64,000 bases of DNA from Octopus vulgaris (GCA_951406725.2 OX597842.1:6014001-6078000), one strand, 5' to 3'. Shown: positions 11,986 through 27,547, counted from the first letter of the stretch. Made by a program: numbers and translations. Notes: a model not told the origin generated them from the sequence alone.

Positions 11986-12590
11986 TCAATAATTATTCGT
12001 AGCTAAAGTGGCGATCAGGCAGAATTATTAGCAGACCGGGAAAAATGCTTAGTGGCATTTCGTCTGTTTGTACATTCTAAGTTCAAATTCTGCTGAGGTC
12101 GACTATACCTTTCATCATTTCGAGGTCGATAAAATAAGTACCAGCTGAGCACTGGGGTCGAGGTAACAGACCTAGTACCTCCCCCGAAAGTGCTGGCCTT
12201 TTGCCAAAATTTGAAGCCAATATTTATTAATATCTAACCGGGGATGATTCGAGGAAGATCTGACTGTTATTTCTAGCATGTTAAGTTGAGATATTTACGT
12301 TGTTTTTGTTTTGTTGTTGTTGTTGTTGTTGTTGTTGTTCGTGTTATTTCACTTGACATGTATGACAAATTGTTATTAAACATCTATAAATGACAGGAAA
12401 ATCGACACACAGACAGAAAGACACACATATACACTCGCAAAAGACACAAATTTACACAAGTCACTAACTCACACACGCACTCACACACACACGTTTGCAT
12501 GTTTGTGCGTATTTGCGTAACTGTGTGTATCTGTGAATGCATATAATACACACACATACGCGCGCACGTACACACACACCATCGTCATTC

Positions 12591-12630
<40 letters not shown>

Positions 12631-12674
12631 AATATACAATATGTAGAATCTAAAGGTTTCATATGTATGTATAT

Positions 12675-12705
<31 letters not shown>

Positions 12706-12973
12706 CAATATGTAGAATCTAAAGGTTTCATATGTATGTATATATGTATGTGCGCATGTGTGTGTGTATGGGTGTGTGTGTGTATGTTTATCTATCTATC
12801 TATCTATCTATACACACTCACACACACACACATATATATATATGCGTGTGATGTATAAAGGTTACATATATGTAAACATACATACACATACATGCATGCT
12901 CACAGATATATGTGTGTCTTTCTCTTCCTCTCTTAATCCTGTCTTTCTTTCCTTCCTTTCTTCTCTCTCTCTC

Positions 12974-13123
<150 letters not shown>

Positions 13124-13474
13124 ACATATATATGTTTATATGTATATTTTCCGTGACAAGTCTTCTAATTTAACAAGAGTATTATTTTTGTATTATTATT
13201 ATTATTTTATTGTCTCCATTAAAATGATGCAGCAATAATTGTCCAAAAACATCTAAATGTCTCCTTCCTTAGTCTTCCTTCTTCCATTATTAAGTCTTCC
13301 TACATCCTTGTGTCGTGTCTATCGTATCTAGTTTCCGATTTATCTATCGTCTGCTCCAATCTGGACCTAACATTCCGCTTGACTAATAGATGTCAGAGTT
13401 CATTGTTTGCAGGCTAAGCCAGCTACTGTTTGTAGTTAGAAAGCAGTTTATTAATCGATGCAGGCTCGTTTCGG

Positions 13475-13882
13475 TTACTCTTTTACTTGTTTCTGTCATT
13501 TGACTGTGGCCATGCTGGAGCACCGCCTTTAGTCGATCAAATCGACCCCAGGACTTATTCTTTGTAAGCCTAGTACTTATTCTATCGGTCACTTTTACCG
13601 AACCGCTAGGTTACGGGGACGTAAACACACCAGCATCGGTTGTCAAGCGGTGTTGGTCGGACAAACACAGACACACAAACATACACACACATATACATAC
13701 ACATATATATATACATATATACGACGGGCTTCTTTCAGTTTCCGCGTACCAAATCCACTCACAAGGCTTTGGTCGGCCCGAGGCTATAGTAGAAGACATT
13801 TGCCCAAGGTGCCACGCAGTGGGACTGAACCCGGAACCATGTGGCTGGTAAACAAGCTACTTACTACACAGCCACTCCTGCG
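13475..13882 (-). mobile_element. SINE family B, full length
   Basis: Reverse complement of 35452-35852. Confidence 0.9.
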
Positions 13883-14391
13883 GTTGTATGCGTTCTGAGT
13901 TCAAATGCCGCCTAGGTAAAAATTTGCCTTTCATCTGTTTGGGGTCGATACATAAAGTATCAGTCGTGTACTGAGATTGATCTCTTTCTCTCTTTCTATG
14001 CGTTTGTTTGACTCTGTGTCTGTCTCCCTTTCTGGAAGACACAGATGGAGCCAGACCTGGTGTGGGTCGGGCCAGCCAAGTCTAAAAATACTCGAGATAT
14101 TCTTTTATTCTTTATTCTCCAAGTTGCCTTATACTCCAAGTTTCTTGAAATTCTTCAGAGCAATATTTAGATTTATATGCCATACATGAAGAATTACCTT
14201 GGATGTTTATTTTACTTGAATTTATTGGTATCTGATTGTTTGATATAGCTAACCAAATTCCTTTAACACTGAATACTGTATAGATATCTGCCTGGATTTA
14301 TTAATATCTTTTACTTACTATCATCATCATCATCATCATCATCATTATTATTATTATTACTATTATTATTATTATTATTATTATTATTACA

Positions 14392-14442
<51 letters not shown>

Positions 14443-14529
14443 TTTATCATTATTATTATTATTATCATTATTATTATTATCATTATTATTATTATTATTA
14501 TTATTACTCTTTCACTGTTTTTAGTCTTT

Positions 14530-14913
14530 AAACTTGTTTCAGTCATTTGACTGCGGCCATGCTGGAGCACTGCCTTTAGTCAAGCATATCTTATTCTTTG
14601 TAAGCCCAGTACTTATTCAATCAGTTTCTTTTTGCCGAACCGCTGGGTGACGGGGACGTAAACACACCAGCATCGGTTGTCAAGCAACGTTAGGGGGACA
14701 AACACAGACACACAAATACACACACACACACACACACATATATACATATACATATATACGACAGGCTTCTCTCAGTTTCCGTCTACCAAATCCACTCACA
14801 AAGCATTGGTCGGCCGGGGCTAGAAGACACTTGCCCAAGATGCCACGCAGTGGGACTGAACCCGGAACCATGTGGTTGGTAAGCAAGCTACTTAACACAC
14901 AGCCACTCCTGCA
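14530..14913 (-). mobile_element. SINE family B
   Basis: Reverse complement of 35452-35852. Confidence 0.9.
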
Positions 14914-15636
14914 CCATTGTTGTTATTATTATTATATATGTGTGTGTGTGTGGATGAAATTACGTTTGACCCTTTGGCCGATAACTGAGGAAGAATTGGT
15001 TTAGTAAACGTTCGTTTGTTTGTTTACTCCTCTTTTTCTTTTTAATTATATACTGTATATAGGTAGTTCATATTTTCCGTTAGTTGTTTTTTTTTATTAT
15101 TATTAAATCCCGAAAATATGTACGTAACGTAGGCGTAGGAGTGGGTGTGTGGTAAGTAGCTTGCTTATCTCCCCTACTATGCAAAATTAAATTTTTCGAT
15201 GTAGCGTTGTTATTCGAACTAAAATTTATATTGTTAGTTTTAAAAATAACTTGCCAGCGTTCCCTTCATCATATACGCAATCATCACATTCGGTTAAAAT
15301 GGCTTATTGATGTGTGTTGTTTCTTTTTTCCCCTGATGAGAAGATTGCATTGTTTTACATCATTTTATTCCCTCTGGAATAATACCAATGTTTTCTTCTA
15401 AACATGTCGTTTAACTTCATTTCTTTATCTGTGCTACAAAAACATTTCACTAAACCCTGGAATTTCTACCTTTATAAGTAGGCTAAAACATCCTTGGTAC
15501 TTAAGTGAAATTTTTGCTACCCTGGTAACTATTTATTTTTCCGTGTTATTTGTACATGTGTTGATGTGTATATGTATATATATATGTGTGTGCGTGTATA
15601 TATATACGTGTATATGTATGTATATATATATATATA

Positions 15637-16854
15637 ACGGGAAGCTTTATGAAAATAAACAAAAGACGAAGGCAGGTGGAAAACAAACGAACAATTGTAT
15701 TAGTATGGCGCTCAGGAAATATAAATAAAACAAGTCTTTAACGTTTCGAGCCTACGCTCTTCAACAGAAAGATACACAGAGAGAGAAAAACACAGAAAGA
15801 AGGAGAGAAAAAAAATGCGTGCAGTAGCTAACGAATCAACATGGCGATCTGATTTCGGCCAGAGGTCAAAGATCAAACATGAGACGCGAGAGCGAAATAA
15901 GGGGAGATAATAGGGTTGATAAATGGGTTGAGGGACCAGCTAAAAGTGCGTGGGAGGGGTCTGGATGTGTGTATGTATAGGGTTGGTGTATGTATTAGTA
16001 TGTATAAGGGTGTGTGTGTGTGTGTGTGTGTATGAGAGAGTATTAGTGCGTAAGATTGGTCTGGACGTGCGTATGTATGGGGTTGGTGTATGTATTAGTA
16101 TGTATTAGTATGTATTAGTACGTATTGGTATGTATAGGTGTGTGTGTGTGTGTGAGAGAGAGTATAAGTGCGTATGCGGGGTCTGGACGTGTGTATGTAT
16201 AGGGTTGGTGTAAGTATTAGTATGTACTAGTATGTATTAGTACGTATTAGTATGTATTAGTTGGTGTGTGTATTAGTATGGCACATCATATGTGATGTGA
16301 TGTGTAAAGTCATGTGGTGTAGTGAGGAGAAGAGGGGGAGGGGGAGAAGAGGAGGGAGAGAATGGGAGGGGAAGAAGGGGGAGAAGGGGGAGAAGGGGGG
16401 AGGATGGGGGAGAATGAAGGGGATGAGGGGGATGAAGGAGGAAAGAGGGAGAGGGGGAGAGAGAAGGGGAGAGAGGGAGTGAGGGAGCAGAGGGAAGGGG
16501 AAGAGGGAGGGAGAAAGAGGGAAGAAGGGAAGGGGAGTAGGGGTGAAAGGATGAAGGACTGAAGAAGTAGGGGTCGGGGGAGAAAGGATAGGTGAGGAGG
16601 GGGAGAGGGGGTTAGATGAGGAGGGGGAGAGTTGAGACCAAATGGCGTATAAGAGCGAAGAGAGAAGATTAATTCCTGTTCACGGCGCAAACGGGAATCC
16701 GGATGGCCTCTGTGTAAGGACAAACCGAACACAGATAGGTGTTGCAAGGAGTGACCGGTGGAGCGGAAATGGCGTGAGACCGGTGTGTCGTTCGCAAGGT
16801 GGATGTCACGAAGGTGTTCCGCGAACCGGTCAGCCAAGCGGCGTCCCGTTTGTC

Positions 16855-16858
<4 letters not shown>
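15637..16858 (-). mobile_element. Penelope-like element: GIY-YIG C-terminal half, low-complexity 3' UTR and pLTR
   Basis: Encodes [35 protein letters not shown]....PFGLN. Hammerhead tcttt CTGTTGA agagc-gtag-gctc GAAACGTT^aaaga at about 15735-15772. Confidence 0.9.
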
Positions 16859-16918
<60 letters not shown>

Positions 16919-16959
16919 TATATATATATATGTAAATATATATATATATATATATATAC

Positions 16960-17017
<58 letters not shown>

Positions 17018-17147
17018 GACAAACGGGACGCCGCTTGGCTGACCGGTTCGCGGAACACCTTCGTGACATCCACCTTGCGAACGATACACCGGTCTCACGC
17101 CATTTCCGCTCCACCGGTCACTCCCGCAACACCTATCTGTGTTCGGT
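16725..17147. repeat. Inverted repeat (~130-bp arms) centred on (TA)n
   Basis: 16725-16858 is the reverse complement of 17013-17147 with few mismatches. Confidence 0.95.
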
Positions 17148-17298
17148 CCTTGTCGGAAGACAGAGCTATTGTTTTACCTTGAGAAAAGCGCTGTTGAAGT
17201 GTTAAGTGAAATTTGGCAATCGAGGATCGAATCCATGCTATGCCTGCATGAAGCCACTATAAATACGTTGTGGTATAAAAAATATCTACTGTCTGAAA

Positions 17299-18064
<766 letters not shown>

Positions 18065-19530
18065 CGAGAAAATTACAGAAAACTGTCAGTGAGAGATTGT
18101 TGGAGGTTGGCGATAGTGTACTCTGACTGGTCGTAGCATTTTAAAGGTGTGCTTTATGAAGGCTAATTTATTAAAGTTAATATATAAATGTAGTATATAT
18201 GTATATAGATATATGAATGAAGTGTTTAATGTTTAAGAATGAAATGAAGAAAGTGCAATAATAACGTTCACACTCACTGATGGTCGCTCTCAGTAACTGC
18301 CTTTAGCTTATAGAGTTCTTGTTTTTATAACTATCGAAAAGCAGCCAGAAGGATAGACATATTGTTAAGAACAAATGATTTCGTTGGAGGTCTGTTATCT
18401 CCATTCCAGCCCCTGGTGGCCTAGAAGTGGTTAGAAGGGTTATGTGGCAAAGACATTATTCTGCTTGGCGCAGGCATCTGGGAAGTGTATAACTGGTGTC
18501 ATTCACGGAAAAACTATCGTTTTACCTTGAGAAAAGCGCTGTTGAAGTGTTAAGTGAAATTTGGTAATCGAGGATCGAATCCATGCTATGCCTGCATGAA
18601 GCCACTACAAATACGTTGTGGTATAAAAAATATCTACTGTTAGAAAAAAGAGTAACTAAAAATGCAGAATTATTGGAGTAATGGGCATTCAAAAAAAGAA
18701 TGTGTGTATAGAGATGTATGAATGAAGTGTTTGAAGTTTAAGATTCAAATCAAGGAAGTGCAATAATAATGTTTAGCAGTTCAAAACTGAGTGGCGAAAC
18801 GCAGAATTAGGTCGGCTGATCGTGAGAGTCATATATTGATCGCTTCGCTAAAAACTGCAGGTGGTATGGGTTATTTCCCTTGAGTTGTTTAAATAGAATA
18901 ATAGTAATATGTAGTAGGTAGAAAGATCGATTGGAGGGGCCCTACTATAGAATTTTTACAAAATCTAAGTATGTCACGAGATTTCCAGACATGAGTTCTA
19001 CTCACGTGTCAAATAAAGTATAAAAGTGATAGTGTCTGCAAAAATTAGAAAATGGACACACAAAAAATCAATATTCAAGACACATAGAATGTGTCTTGAT
19101 TATGCCTGCACTGGCGATTAAAAAGTGCATGTTGTGCACTAATTATGAAATCATATGATTTGCGGCTGAATCTGTTTTCAAAAGGCTCGCTTCCCTCGAG
19201 TTCGGTGTTTATTATGGTAGTTTTGACTTTAAGAGTCCCTCCAAGCATGAGGCATTTATGTAGAGAAATGCCCTTAATATAAGGGAGTAAAGAGTTAAGG
19301 GCTGAAACGCTCGCATGAGGAGGACTTCTTCCCTGAAGTCCTTCAAATACCCTAAAGTTTCTCCTAGCTATTGAACATGCATTTCAGATGTTCAGCCTTG
19401 ACATAACAGGGTCACTGAGGGATACGTGAAGGGTAAACATGACCGTAGGATACTCAACCACTTTTACTCTAATTTAGTGAGAAGCTATTTCAGTTGATCG
19501 AATGACTAGAAATCGACAAAGACCCATTTC

Positions 19531-19612
<82 letters not shown>

Positions 19613-19845
19613 TGAGTCAATGTAGGTATGCATATATTGTTGAGTACATGTTCTCTTTGTCTCCCCCACCTTCTTTGGTAACCGATGTTCTTCCAGGTCA
19701 GGTGCCCCACCACCACCACCACCACCACCACCACCACCACCACCGCTGAGACCCGCTCGTCACGTCATTTGATTGACGTCATGAACAGCATTCTAGTTGG
19801 GAACTCATTTAGTTTTAATTCGCGCGCGTGAAATATTTGTACAAC

Positions 19846-19874
<29 letters not shown>

Positions 19875-19876
<2 letters not shown>

Positions 19877-20149
19877 GTATGTAAATATGTATGTATATAT
19901 GTATGTATATATGTATGTATATACGTATGAATGTATGTATGTATGTATGTATGTATGTATGTATGTATGTATGTATGTATGTATGTATGAATGTATGTAC
20001 GTATGTATGTATGTATGTATGTATGTATGTATGTATGTATGTATGTATGTATGTATGCAAGTATGTATGAATGTATGTACGTATGTATGTATGTATGTAT
20101 ATATGAATGTATGTATGTATATATGTACGAATGTATGTATGTATGTATG

Positions 20150-20183
<34 letters not shown>

Positions 20184-20921
20184 TGTATGAATGCATGTAT
20201 GTATATATGTATGCATGTATGTATGTATGTATGTATGTATGTATGTATGTATGTATGTATGTATATATGAATGTATGTATGTATGTATATATGTCCGAAT
20301 GTACGTATGTATGTATATATGTATATATGTATGAATGCATGTATGTATGTATGTATGTATGTATGTATGTATGTATGTATGTATGAATGCATGTATGTAT
20401 ATATGCATGTATGTATATATGTATGCATGTATGTATGTATGTATGTATGTATGTATGTATGTATGTATGTATGTATGTATGAATGCATGTATGTATGTAT
20501 GTATGTATGCATGTATGAATGTATGAATGTATGTAGGTATGCATGTATGTATGTATGTATGTATGTATGTATGAATGTATGTATGTATGTATGTATGTAT
20601 GTATGTATGTATGAATGTATGTATGTATGTATGTATGTATGTATGTATGTATGTATGTATGTATGTATGAATGCATGTATGTATGTATGTATGTATGAAT
20701 GTATGTAGGTATGTATGTATGTATGTATGTATGTATGTATTTATGTATTTATGTATGTATGAATGTATGTATGTATGCATGCATGTATGTATGTATAGAT
20801 GCATGTATGTATGAATGTATGTATGTATGTATGTATTTATGTATGTATGTGTGTATGTATGTATGTATGTATATATGTATGAATGTATGTATGTATGTAT
20901 GTATTTATGTATGTATGTATT

Positions 20922-20955
<34 letters not shown>

Positions 20956-21128
20956 TGTATATATGTATGAATGTATGTATGTATATATGTATGTATGTAT
21001 GTATGCATGTATGCACGCATGCATGTATGTATGTATGTATGTATGTATGTATGTATGTATGTATGTATGTATGTATGTATGAATGTATGTACGTATGTAT
21101 GTATGTACGTATGTATGTATGTATGTAC
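19875..21128. repeat. ~1.25-kb degenerate (TATG)n satellite
   Basis: Direct inspection. Confidence 0.97.
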
Positions 21129-21365
21129 GTTGCTGAAAAATTTTCTGGTTTTGGTTAAAAGAAAATACAGGAGGATCAATTAATTATGGTTAGGGTTAGG
21201 GTTAGGGTTAATTACGATCTTATTCAACATATTCCCGTCTCAGATTCACACACGTATTGCAGCAGTCGTTCAGTTTTATCAAAGTAAAAGAACTCGGAAG
21301 GTTGAGCCTCCAACCAGGCCTTTCGTGATACCCTTAAAGCTAGGATTTTTTAGCACCTCCTTGAA
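21126..21365 (-). mobile_element. Mariner-derived MITE containing (TTAGGG)n
   Basis: TIR-like tgctgaaaaattttctgg / ctaggattttttagca. The minus strand encodes KLNDCCNTCVNLRREYVE (mariner C-terminus). A sister fragment lies at 26918-27058. Confidence 0.65.
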
Positions 21366-21391
21366 TGCATGCGTATGTATGTATGTAGTGA

Positions 21392-21707
21392 GGGCGCGTG
21401 GCTTAGTGGTTAGGGCATTCGGCTCATGATCGTAAGGTTGTGAGTTCGATTCCCGGCGACGCGTTGTGTCCTTGAGCAAGACACTTTATTTCACGTTGCT
21501 CCAGTCCACTCAGCTGGCAAAAATGAGTTGTACTTGTATTTCAAAGGGTCAGCCTTGTCACTCTCTGTGTCACGCTGATTATCCCCGAGAACTACGTTAA
21601 GGGTACACGTGTCTGTGGAATGCTCAGCCATTTGCACGTTAATTTCACGAGCAGGCTGTTCCGTTGATCGTGTCAGCTGGGACCCTCGTCGTCGTAACCG
21701 GCGGAGT
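21392..21707 (+). mobile_element. SINE family C (tRNA-derived CORE-SINE)
   Basis: Has A and B boxes and the CORE-like tgtgtccttgagcaagacacttta. A second full copy lies at 57314-57638. Confidence 0.9.
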
Positions 21708-22133
21708 ATTATGTATGTATGTATGTGTGTGTGTGTATGTGTGTGTGTATGTGTGTGTGTGTGTGTCTATTTATGTGTTCATGTATATACATATATGCAT
21801 GTGTTATATACAATACAGAAAATCATGATGGTGATGATGATTGTTATGATGCATACAAGCACACACGCGTTATTTTCTTTGTCTTTTGCATAATTTGATT
21901 AAGTATCAGAGTGTAAAAGATATATAAATATGTAAATATGTAAATATGTATATGTGCAAGTTCATACATCTATCTATGTGTGTGTTTGTGTGTGTGTGTG
22001 TGTGTGGTATATAAACTTGCGTACATGCATCATACTTAAATAAATATATGAATATATATATGACTTGATTTGGTCTAGTTTCAGCTCATGAGCTGTGGCC
22101 ATGTTGGGGCACCGCCATTATATATATATATAA

Positions 22134-22170
<37 letters not shown>

Positions 22171-22552
22171 CATGCATACATACATGCATATAGGTATAGA
22201 TATAGAGATATATATTCATGTATATATGTATATCAAATTAAAGAATAACACGGGAACAGTAATTACAGCTGTTTCTCCCATACGATGCATTGCACTCAGA
22301 GCTGAGCGCTGGTGCATCGCCTAATAGTTTTCTCGGATTTTTCTAAAATGAAGTGCAAATTTATTTAGGAAAGCATTTACATACATTGAAAAGATCACCG
22401 TCGAATATATAAAGAGCAGTTGTCATATTTCATTCCATAACAGCTATCTCCGATGACTGCAGGGTTATATAATCGGATTATTAACTAATACTCCTTTAAA
22501 TAACTAATGCAAAACCGATTGATCAGCCGTAATGGATATTGTACACTACCAT

Positions 22553-22591
<39 letters not shown>

Positions 22592-22928
22592 AATGTATGT
22601 ATGTATGTATGTATGTATAGAAAGACAGACAAATAGACAGATTAATATGTAATTTTGTATCTATGTATTTAATCGGTGCTCAGACGATTTATATGATTTG
22701 AACGCATTGTTTTAGTCATTATGTTGCCGCATTAAAGGGTTTAGTCGAACGAATAGGTCGCGGTTTTTAAGCCTGGCACTTCTATCAGCCTCTTCTTGCC
22801 GAACCACTACGTTACGAGAACGCAAACAAACCAACACCGGTTGGCAAGTGTGGGACAAGCACAAACTCACACATACATATACATACATACGTACATACAC
22901 GCATACATACGCAGACACACACACACAC

Positions 22929-22977
<49 letters not shown>

Positions 22978-23035
22978 CATACATTTACATACATAATATA
23001 CATATATATACATGTATATATACATATATACACGA

Positions 23036-23078
<43 letters not shown>

Positions 23079-23079
<1 letters not shown>

Positions 23080-23130
23080 TAGCAGAGATACCCGGCGTTG
23101 CTCGGGATTGAAATGGCATAGTTTTTTTTA
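23079..23130 (-). mobile_element. Helitron 3' terminus fragment
   Basis: Minus strand shows the hairpin cccgagcaacgccggg followed by CTAG|T. Confidence 0.7.
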
Positions 23131-23309
23131 TTGTTTTACTTGTTTCATCATGTGACTGCGGCCATGCTGGAAAAAATTAACTACAGGATTTATTCTTTGT
23201 AAGCCTAGTACATATTCTAACTGTATTTTGCCGAACTGCAAATTTATGGGAATGTAAACACCGTAACTTCAGTTGCCAATCAATGGTGGGGGTATAAACA
23301 CACACAAAC

Positions 23310-23380
<71 letters not shown>

Positions 23381-24592
23381 ACAGACTCCTTTCAGTTTCT
23401 GAGTACAAAACCCACTCACAAAACTGAGGCTATAGTATATATATATATGTGCTTGTGTGTTTATATATATATATATATATAAGTTCAGCAAAAATTTAGA
23501 TTCAGATGAATATGGTACTTAAGTTAAAGGCGCCAGAATTTGGTATGGTATTATCCATATAAATCAAATGGGGGTGATTATAATCAAAATAAGCAACAAG
23601 GATATCCAAAGGCAGTGTAGTACAATCGCTTCATGCTACTTCATTTAATTAAACAATGTAAGTGTTACATCAGTTTTAAAATGTAGAGCACTCTTCAGCT
23701 CCATATGGAAATTTTTTAATTAAATTGACAATGTTCATTTTTATACTTATTCCATTTTCCAACATTACAAAGAGGGTAGGTATATAGACAGAGAGGTGAA
23801 TTTCATCAGTAAGAACATGGTAGTAGAAGATCTTCCCTCATGAGCAGATTTTTTATCACTGAGTTCACTTTGTTATTTAGATTTACCAATGGGGAGGGTT
23901 TTGTTTTTATTAAGTTCAGTGGAGACAAACATATATATACAACATATATATATATATATATATACATACATATAACAACGGTCCTGTTTCAGTTTACGAC
24001 TACCAAATCCACTCGAAAGTCTTAGTGCACCTCGGGGATATAGTAAAAGACATCCGCTCAATGTGTCACACAGTTGGGACTGAACCCGAAACCATGCGGC
24101 TGGAAAGCAAACTTCTTGCTCCCAGCAACACACGTGGCTTGTATATAATATACAAAGAAAATATGAAATATAAAGTAGCATATAATAAGGTAACACAAAT
24201 ACCTTATATTCAGTTTATTTGTAAAACTCACAGATATAAAATCATAGCTCCGACTCCGTATTACCGTTATGCATTGTCAGTGACTAAAGATCTGGCTTAG
24301 TTGAACTAAAATTGACCTGCATTGGCTCATGTATGTGTGTGTCTATGAGTGTGTGAGTGTGTGTGTGTAAACATATATATATATATATATATACGAACAC
24401 ACACACTCATAGAGACAGACACACACACATGTATATAAACTTTAGGTTAGTTAAAATATGTTTGTGACGCATTTTAACTTCTAAAGGCAAATTCACTGCT
24501 GTTACCATGGAGAAAACATTCTCTATTATGGTAAGTGTGAAAACGCCACATATATATATGTATATATATATATATTTATAAACATACATGTA

Positions 24593-24650
<58 letters not shown>

Positions 24651-25227
24651 AATGTGTGTGTGTGTATTCATAGATATGTAGAGGTATATATGATTGTACG
24701 AAATCGGGGTGTCTTGAATCAGCGTTATCTTTCGTTGGCCATCTGCAGATAAGGATCTCTGTTTGGTTCAATAGACGAACATCGAATGATCGGCATCAAG
24801 AATAGTAAACACATTTTACCACGATTCTGCGAGACATCTGCCAAACTTGATTTATTAAGGTTGTGACCAACTCAAAGATGAAACAAACAGACGCCTTATG
24901 AAGAATGGCAAATTACGAAAAGCAACCGAAAACTTTGGAAAAATAATGTAATAGCACAGGCATAGTTTTGCGGTTATAAAGCTCGCTTTGCAACCGAGTG
25001 GTTTGGGGTTCATTCCCACTGCGTGGCAATGCCTTGTGAGTGAATTTCACGGACGAAAACTGTGTCTGTGTATATACATGTATGTATAGATACGTATCTA
25101 TACATACATATATATACACAGGCACAGTTTTCGTCCATGAAATTCACTCACAAGGCATTAGTCAGCCGTGGTCTATAGTAGAAGACAGTTGTCCAGAGTG
25201 TCACGCAGTGTGAATGATACGTATATG

Positions 25228-25560
25228 TGCGCATGGCTCAGTGGTTAGAGCGTCGAGGTTACCATTGCGAGGTTGTGAGTTCGAATCCCTGACCAGGCTG
25301 CGTGTTGTGTTCTTGAGCAAGACACTTTATTTCGCGTTGTTCCAGTTCATTCAGTTGTAGAAATGAGCTGCGATGTTACAGGTGCCAAGCTGTATCGGCC
25401 CCTTTGCCTTTCCCTTGGATAACATTGGTGGCGTGGAGAAGGGAGGCCGGTATGCATGGGCGACTGCTGCTCTTCCATAAACAACTTTGCAGGGACTTGT
25501 GGCTGGGAGGGTAACTTTCTAGATACAATCCCATGGTCAGTCATGAGCGAAGCGGGTCTC
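25228..25560 (+). mobile_element. SINE family D (tRNA-derived CORE-SINE with a different tail)
   Basis: A box tggctcagtgg, B box gttcgaatccc, and a CORE domain shared with family C. Confidence 0.8.
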
Positions 25561-25972
25561 AGCTCGTATATATATATATATTCTTTTATTTGTTCCAGGC
25601 ATTTGACTACGGCCATGCTGGGGCACCGCCTTTAGTCGACCAAAAGGACCCCAGGATATATTCTTTGAAAGCCTAGTAATTATTCTCTCGGTGTCTTTTG
25701 CTGAACCGCTAAGTAACAGGGACGTAAACACACTAGCATCGGTTGTCAAGCGATATTGGGGTGTCAAACACAGACACAAACACATACACATACACTCATA
25801 TATGTATGTTTATACGACGGTCTTCTTTCAGTTCCTGCCTACCAAATCCACTCACAAGACACTTGACTAAGATGTCACGCAGTGGGACTGAATCCAGAAC
25901 CATTTGATTGGTAAGCAAGCTACTTACCACACAGCCACTCCTGGGCCTGTAGTCATGTGTGTATATAGATAC

Positions 25973-26050
<78 letters not shown>

Positions 26051-26475
26051 ATATATATGTATGTATATATATATGTATATATACATATATATATGTATAC
26101 ATATGCATATATATGTATATATATATGCATATATATGTATATATATATATGCATATATATGTATATATATATGCATATATATCTATATATATATACGTAT
26201 ATATATGTATACATATGCATATACACATGTATATATATGCATATATATGTATACATATACGTATATATATATGTGTGTGTATATATATATGCATATGTAT
26301 ATATATATTTATATACATATGTCTATATATCTGTATATATATATATATATGTATATATATGTATATATTTATATATATGTATATATATTCATATATATAT
26401 GTATATATATATACACATATATATGTGTATATATATATATATATACACACATAAATATGTGTATATATATGTGTA

Positions 26476-26530
<55 letters not shown>

Positions 26531-26533
<3 letters not shown>

Positions 26534-26758
26534 TAATCCCTCGACTATCGCTGGTGTTACGTTCCAACCTCCCCATCCCCACCGTGATAAGTGAAAATCC
26601 GCGAATTAGAAACCGTACTGTACTAAATATTTTAAAATCATTTTTATAATTATATATATTTATTTCATTATAAATGCAAAACAACACCACGGAGGAATCG
26701 ACGTAAACTTAAATAATAAACCGCGATAGGTGAACCGTGATACGGTTAGAGATTACTG
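26531..26758. mobile_element. Tigger/pogo-like MITE
   Basis: TIRs CAGTAATCCCT / AGAGATTACTG followed by TA. Confidence 0.75.
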
Positions 26759-26759
26759 T

Positions 26760-26794
<35 letters not shown>

Positions 26795-26820
26795 GCTAGC
26801 TAGCTAGCTAGCTAGCTAGC

Positions 26821-26855
<35 letters not shown>

Positions 26856-26856
26856 G

Positions 26857-26918
<62 letters not shown>

Positions 26919-27074
26919 TGAGTGGATGCTGAAAATTTTCTGGCTTTAAGTATGTTCCGAAAGGTCTGGGTTGGGGCCCAACCTTCCGAATTCTTTTACA
27001 GACCCTAGAAAACTGAAGAACCCCTGCAATAAATGTGTGAATCTGTGAGAAGAATATATATATATATATATATA

Positions 27075-27471
27075 TAATTAATCAATATAGGGTGGCAAAA
27101 AAAAATTTTGTAGAATTCTTTTGCCACCAGCGGCCTAGTAGGAAAAAATTAAAATAGTCACAGACCATTTTTAAAGTTCAACATCAACAATAAAGGAACG
27201 GCCATAATAGGCCATTCACCATAATAAAACCACAAAGTTCAACCGCAAATAAAAGTTAATTCAGTAAACCAGGAGAAAATTTAAAAAACATTTATGTTTT
27301 TTATACGATATACCGTTTCATCTGCAGATGAAACGGTATATCGTATAAGAAATTACAGGGTAAATGTTTTTTAAATTTTCTCCTGGTTTACTGAATTAAC
27401 TTTTATTTGCGGTTGAAGCTTTGGCTGTTATTTCTAGTGGGTGAATGGCCTATTATGGCCGTTCCTATTGT

Positions 27472-27475
<4 letters not shown>
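27075..27475. mobile_element. Palindromic (inverted pLTR-like) element
   Basis: Imperfect arms of about 145 bp surround a perfect 48-bp palindrome centred on CTGCAG (27322-27327). Both ends abut (TA)n. Confidence 0.75.

Positions 27476-27547
<72 letters not shown>

Noticed and set aside
12611-12743. ~68-bp direct duplication
   Set aside because: It is simple slippage between (GT)n tracts.
16320-16630. G-rich polypurine tract (G4/triplex potential)
   Set aside because: It is an ordinary low-complexity part of a PLE 3' UTR with no evidence of function.
19765-21183. ORFs of up to 454 aa
   Set aside because: They lie entirely within the (TATG)n satellite.
21392-21465. tRNA genes at A/B-box sequences here and at other SINE heads
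   Set aside because: There is no proper acceptor stem, and each continues into a SINE or PLE body.
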